From NCBI GenBank assembly GCA_964615095.1, contig CAZTPX010000008.1, forward strand, positions 57,361 to 121,360: a DNA stretch of 64,000 nucleotides, read 5' to 3'. The first letter of the stretch is position 1. Each line of letters starts with the position of its first letter. The notes under the pieces were generated by a model. It searched no databases. It saw only the letters and a list, made by a program, of their open reading frames with translations, and had not been told where the DNA came from. Origin of the DNA: an uncultured Planctomycetaceae bacterium. Its GTDB lineage: Bacteria > Planctomycetota > Planctomycetia > Pirellulales > Thermoguttaceae. Position numbers and translations under genes: made by a program. This document shows positions 17,936 through 26,568 of the stretch, in pieces.

Positions 17936-20900
17936 ATGGCTGAACCGCCAATCAGAGCAGGCAGATGCCGTCGTCTGGCACTATGCGCACTGTTTGTGCT
18001 AATAGGGTCAGCATGGTGGTCTGTCGGTTTCGGGCAGCCCTTGCCGGAAGGTCCCATGCTTGGGCCCGACGTGCGACCGATGTCCCCGGCTGGCCCTAAT
18101 ATTCCTACACCCGGATTGGCGCCCCAGATGTCTCCCTACGGTTCGTCGGTCGCGCCGCAGGCAATGCCCTATGGTCCACCGGTCACGCCGGTACAGTCTT
18201 ACGGTCCGCCGGCCGTGCCATCGACATCGCCTTACGGTCCGCCGGCCGTGCCGTCGACAGGGCCGAATGGTTTGCCGGCCGCGCCGCCGTTTGGCCCCAT
18301 GCCGGCCACCCGGGCGCCTACCCTGCCGCTGGAAGAAATCGTGGTCCAAGTTCGCGTGGAAGGCAATCATACGGTGACCCTGGCGAAGATTTTGACCAAG
18401 ATTCGCACCCGTGCCGGACGGCCCTATCTTGAGGAACAAGTCCAACAGGACGTGCGCGATCTCTACAAGCTGGGCACCTTTGCCGCCGTGCGGACCTTCA
18501 AGCAGCCGGTGCAAGGCGGCGTTATCGTCACGTTCCAGGTGGCGGAGCGGCCACTGCTGCGGGAGGTCATCATTGTCGGCAACGACAAATACCTGACCTC
18601 GGTCCTCAAGAAAGAGGCCGAACTCAAGGTGGGCGATGCCGCCGATCCCTTCGCCGTGGAAAACGGCCGCCGCAAAATCCTGGACTACTACCAGAAGAAA
18701 GGCTACAGTAAGGCCCGCGTCACCATCCTGGAGGGCGACAAGGCGGGCGACCTGAGGGCCATTTTCGTCGTCGACGAAGGTCCGCAACAAAGTGTCTTTT
18801 GGGTAAACTTCGAAGGCAACCACTTCGCTTCGTCAGCTCGCTTGAAAACGCTTATCGATTCCCACCCGCCCTGGTTCTACCTGTTTGCTGGCGAGCTCGA
18901 CCGCAAGCAAATCGACGAGGACGTAGCCAAGCTGACCGCCTATTACCGTAGTTGGGGTTTCTTCCATGCCGTCGTCAGCCGCGAGTTGATACCGAATGAA
19001 AAGCAGGACTGGATTACCATCAACTTCGTCATCAACGAGGGACCGCGCTACTCCGTCCGCAACGTCTCGTTCCTGGGTAACAAGAAGATAAACAATCCGG
19101 TTCTGGCCGAAAAACTGAAACTGCTCAGCGGCCAATTCTTCGACCAGAACCAGCAAAACCTCGATTTGCAGAAGCTCCGCGACGAGTACGGCGGCCACGG
19201 CTACGTGTTTGCCAAGATCGAGGCCGACAACCGCTTCCTCGAAGAACCGGGCAAGCTTGACATCGTGTACAATGTCGAGGAAGGCTCCCGCTATCGGGTC
19301 GGCCGCATCAATATCGAGATCAAGGGCGAGAATCCGCACACGCAGATCACCACGGTGCTCAATCGCCTGTCGTTCAAGCCGGGCGACATCGTCGATACCC
19401 GTGAGTTCCGCAATAGCGAGCGGCGTTTGAAGGCCGCGCAGCTTTACAAGGTCGAACCACAGAAGAACATCGAGCCGAAGATCGTTTACAACCCGCCGGA
19501 GTCGGACGACAAGGACACGGCGACCGCCGGCCAACGGCGAACGACCTACTACCGCGTGCCGGGCGGCGAGGCCCCCCTGCCGCCGGACGAAGGCTATCTG
19601 GACGTCGATCTCAGCGTGGAACCGCAGGCCTCGGAAACGGCTTCGCCCGAGAATACTTATTATCCGCCGGCCGGCTATCGGCCGGCCGCGTACATGCGGC
19701 CCGTGTTCCAAGGTCAGACCTTCAAGTCGTCGGCCTGTGCCACGGAAGTTTTCACGGGACAGGCATATCCCTTGCCGCCGCAAGGTCCGCAGACGTTCGT
19801 TCGCTTTGTTCCGCCGCCGCAAGCCGCAGTCTATGTGAATCAGGCCCAGCAAGCGCCGGCCTATAGCGGCCCGGTCGTGCAACCCGTCTCGCGTCCGGCT
19901 GTGATGCAAGCGTTTTATCCGGGCGACGGCTGGAGCCAACCGTCGCAGGGACAGAGTTGGCCGGCCGCATCCAACAACTACGGTACCGACGCGGGTCATT
20001 GGAGCCAACCACCGCAGGGACAGAGTTGGCCGGCCGCATCCGACAACAACGCTTCTTATGCAGGGCAGTCGCCGCAAAACTACGTCGCGCCACAACCGCA
20101 AGCGGGCGGCGTCACGTATTACAACCCGCCGCCCGCGGCGTCTGCGGCACCTTATGCCGCACCTTATGCCGCACCGGCAGCGCCGCCTTCAGCCGACGCG
20201 CCCAACCCGGCTTATAATGTCGCGCCGAACTACGGTGCCCCCGCCGCCAATCCCGCGAATCCGTACCCATCGTCGCCCCCACCTTCCGCTGCAGGCGTCA
20301 TGGGCGGTTCGGGTTATGACACGCAGGGTGGTTTCACGGCCTCTGGACCAGCCCCCAGCAGGCCCGTGGCCCAGCTTGCCGCCGGCGGTGACATCTTCAA
20401 TAACCCGGAAGCCACGATGGTTCCCACGCCCGATACCGATCCACTGCGCAATCTGACGCTTTTCATCGGCCCGGAAGAAACGCAGACGGGCCGGCTGATG
20501 TTCGGCGTGGGCGTGAACTCCGACGCGGGCTTGGTGGGCAACATCACGTTGGATGAGCAGAACTTCGACTGGACCAAAGTTCCCACAAGTTGGGAAGACA
20601 TCATGGAAGGCAAGGCCTTCCGCGGAGCCGGCGAGCGATTCCGCTTGGAACTGGTGCCCGGCACGCAGGTCCAGCGCTACATGATCAGTTTCGAGAACCC
20701 GTATTTCATGGATCGGCCGGTGAGTTTCGGCACGAGCGGGTTTTTCTACCAGCGGATCTACCCGGAATGGACGGAAAGCCGCGCCGGCGGCAGTGTCAGC
20801 TTCGGATACCAATTCACGCATGACTTGACCGGCAGCATCCGTTTTCAGGGCCAGGACGTGAACATCAAGAATCCGGCTTATCCGGTGCCCGATCTGGAGG

Positions 20901-21523
20901 AATGCGTGGGGCGCAACCAGCTTTACACGACCTCCTTGTCGTTGTCGCACAACACCCGCGACAATCCTTTCATGGCCACGGAAGGACACTTGCTCTCGGC
21001 CACGCTCGAAGAGACCGTGGGCAGCTTCCAATACGCCAGGGCCTCGGTTGAGTTCAGTCAGTTCTTCCGCATCTTCGAGCGTGCCGACCGATCGGGCAAG
21101 CACGTGCTGAGCTTTACGCTCAAGGCCGGTTACTCGGGTGATGACACGCCGATTTTCGAGCGCTACTACGACGGTGGTTTCTCGACGATCCGCGGCTTTG
21201 CTTTCCGCGGCGTGACACCCCGCGACCCCGTTTACAACATGGGTGTGGGCGGCGACTTCCAGATGCTGGCCTCAACGCAGTACTTGTTCCCGATTACGGC
21301 CGACGACATGCTCAAGGGCGTAGTGTTCATGGATGCCGGGACTGTCGAGCCGAGAATCACGGATTGGGTCGACAAGGTCCGCGTGGCCCCCGGTTTCGGC
21401 CTGAGAATCTCGATCCCCATGATGGGACCGGCCCCGATCGCCTTGGACTTTGCCTTCCCCATTGTCCAGCAAAGCGGCGACCAGACGCAAATCTTCAGCT
21501 TCTTTGTGGGCTTCAACCACTAA
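17936..21523 (+). CDS. bamA: BamA/Omp85-family outer membrane assembly protein with large low-complexity insertions
   Basis: Track ORF 17771..21523. The ATG at 17936 gives MAEPPIRAGRCRRLALCALFVLIGSAWW (signal). POTRA-like repeats follow (VRVEGNHTV..., REVIIVGNDKY..., VNFEGNHFAS..., VSFLGNKKIN..., INIEIKGENP...). C-terminal barrel motifs are TGRLMFGVGVNSDAGLVG and YYDGGFSTIRGFAFRG. Confidence 0.8.
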   Translation: MAEPPIRAGRCRRLALCALFVLIGSAWWSVGFGQPLPEGPMLGPDVRPMSPAGPNIPTPGLAPQMSPYGSSVAPQAMPYGPPVTPVQSYGPPAVPSTSPYGPPAVPSTGPNGLPAAPPFGPMPATRAPTLPLEEIVVQVRVEGNHTVTLAKILTKIRTRAGRPYLEEQVQQDVRDLYKLGTFAAVRTFKQPVQGGVIVTFQVAERPLLREVIIVGNDKYLTSVLKKEAELKVGDAADPFAVENGRRKILDYYQKKGYSKARVTILEGDKAGDLRAIFVVDEGPQQSVFWVNFEGNHFASSARLKTLIDSHPPWFYLFAGELDRKQIDEDVAKLTAYYRSWGFFHAVVSRELIPNEKQDWITINFVINEGPRYSVRNVSFLGNKKINNPVLAEKLKLLSGQFFDQNQQNLDLQKLRDEYGGHGYVFAKIEADNRFLEEPGKLDIVYNVEEGSRYRVGRINIEIKGENPHTQITTVLNRLSFKPGDIVDTREFRNSERRLKAAQLYKVEPQKNIEPKIVYNPPESDDKDTATAGQRRTTYYRVPGGEAPLPPDEGYLDVDLSVEPQASETASPENTYYPPAGYRPAAYMRPVFQGQTFKSSACATEVFTGQAYPLPPQGPQTFVRFVPPPQAAVYVNQAQQAPAYSGPVVQPVSRPAVMQAFYPGDGWSQPSQGQSWPAASNNYGTDAGHWSQPPQGQSWPAASDNNASYAGQSPQNYVAPQPQAGGVTYYNPPPAASAAPYAAPYAAPAAPPSADAPNPAYNVAPNYGAPAANPANPYPSSPPPSAAGVMGGSGYDTQGGFTASGPAPSRPVAQLAAGGDIFNNPEATMVPTPDTDPLRNLTLFIGPEETQTGRLMFGVGVNSDAGLVGNITLDEQNFDWTKVPTSWEDIMEGKAFRGAGERFRLELVPGTQVQRYMISFENPYFMDRPVSFGTSGFFYQRIYPEWTESRAGGSVSFGYQFTHDLTGSIRFQGQDVNIKNPAYPVPDLEECVGRNQLYTTSLSLSHNTRDNPFMATEGHLLSATLEETVGSFQYARASVEFSQFFRIFERADRSGKHVLSFTLKAGYSGDDTPIFERYYDGGFSTIRGFAFRGVTPRDPVYNMGVGGDFQMLASTQYLFPITADDMLKGVVFMDAGTVEPRITDWVDKVRVAPGFGLRISIPMMGPAPIALDFAFPIVQQSGDQTQIFSFFVGFNH
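19931..20047 (+). repeat. 48-bp direct repeat, two copies with 69-bp period, inside bamA
   Basis: tggagccaaccgtcgcagggacagagttggccggccgcatccaacaac versus tggagccaaccaccgcagggacagagttggccggccgcatccgacaac (3 mismatches). Encodes WSQP(S/P)QGQSWPAAS twice. Confidence 0.85.
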
Positions 21524-21538
21524 GTCGTATGTCTAAAG

Positions 21539-21612
<74 letters not shown>

Positions 21613-22066
21613 ACATACGTCTTTCTCGGGGAAAACGCATGGTCATTGACTTTAGCCGCGGCTGAATTCTCCGCGGTACCACCATCCTAGTGGGCAATGG
21701 GTTTGTAGGATCGGGCGGGAAACAAAGTACTTCGACCCTTGGAATGATCCTGAAGGGGCCGAAGAGGCTAATCGCGATTACGCTACAAATCAGTGTACCA
21801 AAGCGGCGCGTGGCGGCAAGACGGGGAAGGTCCCCATACAACGAGCCCCTTACGCAACATGGACTGAGCGCTTTCAAAAGGACGGACGGCCAAATGAATA
21901 ACGCGAGTGTATTGGAACGGACACGCAAAGTCAAGCGCTTCGGTCGGCGTTTCGGTCGGAAGACGCCTTTCGGCACTTTTTCCTCCAATCGCCTCTCCCC
22001 TGCAACGCCCTGTCGGGCGCGGATCCCGCGCCGGACAGTACGTTTTGTCTCGCCGTCAGGCAGATC

Positions 22067-23152
22067 TCAGCCGCCGCAACAGCGAGACCGCCGGCAGCAG
22101 GGAGTGCAACAGGGCTGGCAGACGGGCACCTCAATGGTCTTCTCCACCATCCGGCAAACCTGGACCTGCACTTTCTTCTCCACTGTGTGCGGCACCAGCA
22201 CGGTGTAAGGCACCGTCCGCTCCACCTGGTGCGCAACGCACTCGACGACCTGCTGATAGTGGGTCTCGGTCCTGGGCAGGCAAACCACGTACGAGACCTC
22301 GCGGCTCCGCTCCTCCAACTTGCACTCGGTGACCGTGAACGTGCGGGTCCGCATCTCGCAATGGTAGTCGCAGACCTGGTGCGAACAGGTCCGCACCTGG
22401 CTCTCATAGTGACAGACATGGACCGTGTGCGTCTGAGTCTGCGGTTTGCAGACCTGGACCTGATAGGTGCAGGGCACCTGCACCGTCTCCAGCTTGTTGA
22501 CCGTCACTTGCACCGGCTCGTTCACCCAGTTTGGCACCCAGCAGCGCACCGTCTGGCAGGCCTGGCAAGGATTGCAACAACCGCAACTCGAAACGGGCCG
22601 ATCTTCCCAATGTCCCTTGTCGACGCAGCGCGTCTGCGTCTGCGTGACCGGCACGCAGCGCGTTTCGCAGCGCATGCCCTGGCGGGTTTCGCAGGAAGGC
22701 ACCCAAACGGTGCATTGCTGCGTCTGCTCGGTCCAAATGGGAACGCAGACCGTGTAGCTGCTTTGCACCGTCCGGTAGGTCGGCACCTGGACCTGGTAGT
22801 TCTCGCTGACTTGCCTCTGCATGGGCAACGCTACACAGTAGGTCTCCATCCGCTTCCGCACCTCGGGGACCATGACCGTAACCGTGCATGGAACTGTTTT
22901 GGAAACAGGAACCATTTCGCAACAGGTAACCGTGCGCGTGCGGGTCTCCGGAACACACACCGTCTCCGTACATGTCCGCTCCTCCGTACACAGGGTCGGA
23001 ACACAGACTTTTTGCGTCACGAACTGCGGGCCGCAAGGCGCCGCAGCCGCCGCTACGGAGGCGGTACATCCACAATCACCACCCAAGGCAACTCCACCCA
23101 GCGACACGCCGAGGACCATTGCCAGCGCTGACGATAAACCCACAAATCTCAT
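22067..23152 (-). CDS. secreted Cys-rich repeat protein (planctomycete YTV-repeat-like)
   Basis: The in-frame ATG at 23152 gives the signal peptide MRFVGLSSALAMVLGVSLGGVALG. More than 40 Cys occur in reiterated C-x-V-P / T-V-x-C / YTV units (SSYTVCVP, VPYTVLVP). The protein ends CQPCCTPCCRRSRCCGG. Confidence 0.7.
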   Translation of the reverse strand: MRFVGLSSALAMVLGVSLGGVALGGDCGCTASVAAAAAPCGPQFVTQKVCVPTLCTEERTCTETVCVPETRTRTVTCCEMVPVSKTVPCTVTVMVPEVRKRMETYCVALPMQRQVSENYQVQVPTYRTVQSSYTVCVPIWTEQTQQCTVWVPSCETRQGMRCETRCVPVTQTQTRCVDKGHWEDRPVSSCGCCNPCQACQTVRCWVPNWVNEPVQVTVNKLETVQVPCTYQVQVCKPQTQTHTVHVCHYESQVRTCSHQVCDYHCEMRTRTFTVTECKLEERSREVSYVVCLPRTETHYQQVVECVAHQVERTVPYTVLVPHTVEKKVQVQVCRMVEKTIEVPVCQPCCTPCCRRSRCCGG

Positions 23153-23245
23153 CGCGATCTCCTCACTATCAATAGTAGCCGGGGGGTGGACCGGGAAACC
23201 CGATCCGGAAAAACACAACCCAAACGAGAAATATTACGCAATCGC

Positions 23246-23281
23246 TCCATAATATCAATCCCCTCCATAATATCAATCCCC
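23246..23281. repeat. perfect 18-bp tandem duplication (tccataatatcaatcccc x2) in a divergent promoter region
   Basis: Two identical adjacent units between the YTV-like gene (start 23152, minus strand) and the OmpR-type regulator gene (start 23329, plus strand). Candidate direct-repeat regulator binding site. Confidence 0.85.
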
Positions 23282-23328
23282 CCGTTGGGCCAGTTGCGGT
23301 TTTCGAAATAAGTTCTAAACTGTCCTTT

Positions 23329-24093
23329 ATGGCGAACAAAGAGCACATTCTGGTGGTCGAGGACGAAGAACACCTGGCAATGGGGATCAAGTACAACCTC
23401 GTCGAAGAGGGGTACGACGTGACCGTTTGCGGGGACGGCCGGGCGGCGGTCAAGTTGTTGACCGAATCGAGTTCCAACATCGACCTGGTGGTGCTCGATC
23501 TGATGCTGCCCGGCATGAGCGGTTATGCCGTCTGCGAATCGTTGCGGGCGATCGACCGGGAGATGCCGGTGCTCATTCTGAGCGCCCGCACGTTGGCCGA
23601 AGACCGCACGCGGGGATTCGACGTGGGGGCGAACCAGTACATGAGCAAGCCTTTCGAGCTGGACGAGTTCATCAGTCGTGTAAGAAACCTGCTCGCTTTT
23701 TCGCCGCGGCGCGGCAAGGACCGCACGGCCCCGCAGTCCGACCGCGTCGAGCAGTTCGAGTTTGCCGGCGCCAAGATCAACTTCAGGACCTTTGAGGTGC
23801 TGGTCAACGGCGAGTCGATCAGGATGACCCAACTTGAGCTGACTCTGCTGCGCTACTTTATCGAGAACCAAGGCCGTGTGATTCCCCGCCGCGAACTGAT
23901 GGAGAATGTCTGGGGCATGGCCGGGAACATCAACACCCGTGCTCCCGACCAGTTCATCCGCCGGCTGCGGAAGATTTTCGAGCCGGACCCGGCCCAGCCG
24001 CGGCACTTTCTCACGATTCGCGACGCCGGTTACCGCTTCATTCCCGAGGGAATGGACGCGACTGAGCGTGGAGCGGCGGAAGAACAAGAATAG
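23329..24093 (+). CDS. OmpR/PhoB-family response regulator (receiver + winged-helix DNA-binding domain)
   Basis: ILVVEDEEHLAMGI...DLVVLDLMLPGMSGY...ILSARTLAEDRTRGFDVGANQYMSKPF (receiver). LTQLELTLLRYFIENQGRVIPRRELMENVWG...IRRLRKIFE...FLTIRDAGYRF (wHTH). No cognate kinase gene is adjacent. Confidence 0.85.
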   Translation: MANKEHILVVEDEEHLAMGIKYNLVEEGYDVTVCGDGRAAVKLLTESSSNIDLVVLDLMLPGMSGYAVCESLRAIDREMPVLILSARTLAEDRTRGFDVGANQYMSKPFELDEFISRVRNLLAFSPRRGKDRTAPQSDRVEQFEFAGAKINFRTFEVLVNGESIRMTQLELTLLRYFIENQGRVIPRRELMENVWGMAGNINTRAPDQFIRRLRKIFEPDPAQPRHFLTIRDAGYRFIPEGMDATERGAAEEQE

Positions 24094-24376
24094 GTCCGGA
24101 TCGGATCGTTGCTTGGCGGGCGGCAAAGAGGAGTCAGAAAAAAGTGCTTCCAACGGCATTTCTCCCGTCTTGGCTGCCGCGACTGACCCGTCGTTTCGGG
24201 TTAGGCAGTGACCTGGCCACATCGAGAAAAGGGGCCTCGTGGAGTTTTTGCCGCGATTTTTTACGTCCACGAGTGTACTCGGCTTCCGCTAAAGGTATTG
24301 CTCACACGGAGAAAACTGCGGGGAAAAAAACGCTTGACATCCTAACGATAGTTTTGCCACAGCCAAAGGCCGTATT

Positions 24377-24441
24377 CAATTTGTTACCAATTTGTTACCA
24401 ATTTTTTGGCAAACGTTACCAATTTGTTGCCAATTTGTAGG
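24377..24441. repeat. six phased ~11-bp direct repeats (CAATTTGTTAC consensus)
   Basis: caatttgttac caatttgttac caattttttgg caaacgttac caatttgttgc caatttgtagg. One helical turn per unit. Lies in a ~700-bp ORF-free convergent intergenic region. Confidence 0.8.
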
Positions 24442-24542
24442 CATTTTCTGGCACTTGTTCATTTGTATAGTATCTAGGGGTAGGACACATGGCGCTTTCT
24501 TGCGGCTATTTTAGTGCAGAGTCATAAAAATAATTAATTGTT

Positions 24543-24707
24543 GCCACGGCAAGTGTGGCCGTTCGCGACCGTTGCCCGGGCCGTAGGGCGGGTCGAGGCA
24601 CGAGACCCACGCGCCACAGTTTCCGCGCAGCCGCCGGCGCGGACGCCGACTTGGGCAGGTCGGCGCCGCGCGTAATGTATGGCCCCCCGGTTCGCTACGC
24701 CGGGGGC
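24543..24707. repeat. cluster of GC-rich REP-like hairpins
   Basis: Hairpins gccac-ggcaagt-gtggc, gcgcggacgccgac-ttgggcag-gtcggcgccgcgc and ccccccgg-ttcgctac-gccggggg. Segment ggtcgaggcacgagacccacgc recurs inverted at 31718-31739 with 1 mismatch. Confidence 0.7.
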
Positions 24708-24788
24708 TGGTTAAATTGTCAAAGAACAAATTCACGCGCCGAGTATTCAGGCGTAGCCTGAATCTTCTTCAGCGCGCTTTATACCCTA

Positions 24789-25295
24789 CTATACGCAACG
24801 CATCTCGCCACCATTTGCGCGCGGCGTGGAATTTCGCCGCAACCCTTGCCGTTGCGGTGTTTCCGCTACAACCATACGTTTGGAATCCACGGCCTTCGCC
24901 AGTGGGTCCCAGTCGAGTTCGGGCAGGAACTCGCGCATCAGATCATAGAACGAAGAGTAATCATCGAGCAAACTGCCGCCGTAACGGCGATAAATATCCG
25001 CTGCTTGGAGGCGGTACCAGTCTCGCGGCTGGCGGAACCCCAACTCCTTCCCCAGCCAGCGCAAGTAGCGCTGCCGGTTCTCGGCCACCTTCCAGAACCC
25101 GGGCGGCACTTTATCGAACCTCCACTCGCACCAGTTGCGCCCCGGGACCAAGGCCATCACCGCGCGCGGCGGCGAGCCTCCGTAGTAGTGCGTCAAGAGC
25201 GACAACCCCTTGTTCCGCGCGAAGTCGTCGGTGCTGACCTTGTACCAGTCCACGACAACGCTGGTCCGGAGATTGGAAGCTCCCGGGAACGCCAC
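24789..25295 (-). CDS. hypothetical protein with an internal ~60-aa duplication
   Basis: GTG start. DWYKVSTDDFARNKGLSLLTHYYGGSPPRAVMALVPGRNW aligns with DWYRLQAADIYRRYGGSLLDDYSSFYDLMREFLPELDW. Family not confidently recognised. Confidence 0.5.
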   Translation of the reverse strand: MAFPGASNLRTSVVVDWYKVSTDDFARNKGLSLLTHYYGGSPPRAVMALVPGRNWCEWRFDKVPPGFWKVAENRQRYLRWLGKELGFRQPRDWYRLQAADIYRRYGGSLLDDYSSFYDLMREFLPELDWDPLAKAVDSKRMVVAETPQRQGLRRNSTPRANGGEMRCV

Positions 25296-25396
25296 GGAGT
25301 GGGTTCCCTACAGCGAAGCTCGGGTGGTCGCAATTATCGCGCGCGGCCCCCGGGAAAGGCTCTAGGCAATGCCGAGCAATAGCAGCGGGCGGCAGT

Positions 25397-25462
25397 TTTG
25401 GATTTTTCCGCCTTTGGATTTCCGATTTGTTTCGTATTTCGTGCTTCGAATTTCGGATTTCC
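25397..25462. repeat. AT-rich 'ggatttcg / cgaaat' repeat element
   Basis: ttggatttttccgcctttggatttccgatttgtttcgtatttcgtgcttcgaatttcggatttcc. Same family as 40566-40900 and 46686-46722. Confidence 0.7.
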
Positions 25463-25797
25463 GCGCCAGACTGGGTCGTCACATCGCCTCGATCTTGACG
25501 CCATGCCGGGTACCATGCGGGCACCATGTACCCATGATCGTGGTCCTGGCTGGCGGCCGTTGGACTTGGAAATCGCTCTGACGGCTGCTCCTCGCTCCTC
25601 TCGCCCAATTTACTTGTCCACCAGTCCAACCCGAATCCGGCAAGGAAGTATCCCGGCGAAGCTCCGTGGGGTAGTTAGCGGCTAAGGTCAGGTCCCGATG
25701 TCGACGCCGGCTTTGGGATGTCAGCCCGGCCCCGATGGCCGCTGAAACTTAACTCTTAAGGTGTGACCCTGACGCCTGCACCCCCCAGTATAGCTAT

Positions 25798-25812
25798 TGG
25801 CAATTTTTGCCA
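25798..25812. promoter_or_regulatory. candidate parDE operator palindrome (TGGCAA-TTT-TTGCCA)
   Basis: Perfect 6-bp arms, 44 nt upstream of the parD ATG. ParD-type RHH antitoxins usually autoregulate through such palindromes. Confidence 0.3.
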
Positions 25813-25855
25813 GTCAGTGTAAGCTTGGGAGAGAGGCAAAATAAAGGAATTCGCG

Positions 25856-26158
25856 ATGCCCACTCGGAATGTGAACCTGACCGATTATTACGACCAATAC
25901 GTGGACACCCTGGTCACGTCTGGGCGGTTCTCCAACGCCAGCGAGGTCATGCGGGCAGGCCTCCGTTTGCTGGAACAGCAGGCGCGGGAGGACGAGGAGA
26001 AATTGACGGCTCTCCGCGCCCTGGCGTCCGAGGCATTCAACGAACTGGATCGAGGACAAGGGACTCCGATCGATGACCGCCAACAGCTTGCCGAGTTGAT
26101 TGGGCAGATCGGTCGGCGTGCGGCGGATAAGGTTGCGCGTGGCACGATCGGCGCCTGA
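25856..26158 (+). CDS. parD: type II antitoxin ParD (ribbon-helix-helix)
   Basis: MPTRNVNLTDYYDQYVDTLVTSGRFSNASEVMRAGLRLLEQQAREDEEKLTALR is the typical ParD N-terminus. AAGGA RBS. Sits 4 nt upstream of parE. Confidence 0.85.
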   Translation: MPTRNVNLTDYYDQYVDTLVTSGRFSNASEVMRAGLRLLEQQAREDEEKLTALRALASEAFNELDRGQGTPIDDRQQLAELIGQIGRRAADKVARGTIGA

Positions 26159-26162
26159 CACT

Positions 26163-26561
26163 ATGCCTCGCTCACTCATCTCTCCCGTTGCCCAGGACGA
26201 TATCGAGTCGATTCTCGCTTGGACTCACGAGCGGTTCGGCCCGGAAGCGCGGTTGCGCTACGAGGCGCTGCTGGTTCAAGCCATTCTCGATGTAGTCGAT
26301 AATCCCGATCGCGTCGGCAGCCATACCCGCACTGAGATCGCTCCCGCTGCCAGGACCTATCATCTTTGGCACAGCCGAAACCGAGTGGAGCCGGCCAGCG
26401 ATCGAGTCCGTCAACCGCGGCACTTCCTGCTCTATCGAACGTGCGACGATGGACGGGTCGAAATTGGACGCGTGCTGCACGAGCGGATGGATCTTGCGCA
26501 ACATCTGCCCGAAGGCTACGAGCCCAAGACTACCAGTGAACATCCACCGGAATCGCCGTAA
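26163..26561 (+). CDS. parE: type II toxin ParE/RelE family
   Basis: The in-frame ATG at 26163 gives MPRSLISPVAQDDIESILAWTHERFGPEARLRYEALLVQAILDVVDNP...HFLLYRTCDDGRVEIGRVLHERMD (ParE fold signature). Paired with parD. Confidence 0.8.
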   Translation: MPRSLISPVAQDDIESILAWTHERFGPEARLRYEALLVQAILDVVDNPDRVGSHTRTEIAPAARTYHLWHSRNRVEPASDRVRQPRHFLLYRTCDDGRVEIGRVLHERMDLAQHLPEGYEPKTTSEHPPESP

Positions 26562-26568
26562 CGGCTCA

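Noticed and set aside
24448-24465. TGGCAC at 24450 (ctggcacttgttcatttg) as a sigma-54 promoter
   Set aside because: No GC dinucleotide at the -12 position (TT instead), and no downstream gene.
26139-26154. TGGCACGATCGGCGCC inside the 3' end of parD as a sigma-54 promoter for parE
   Set aside because: It lacks the TTGC -12 box and is inside a coding region. parD and parE are only 4 nt apart and almost certainly co-transcribed.
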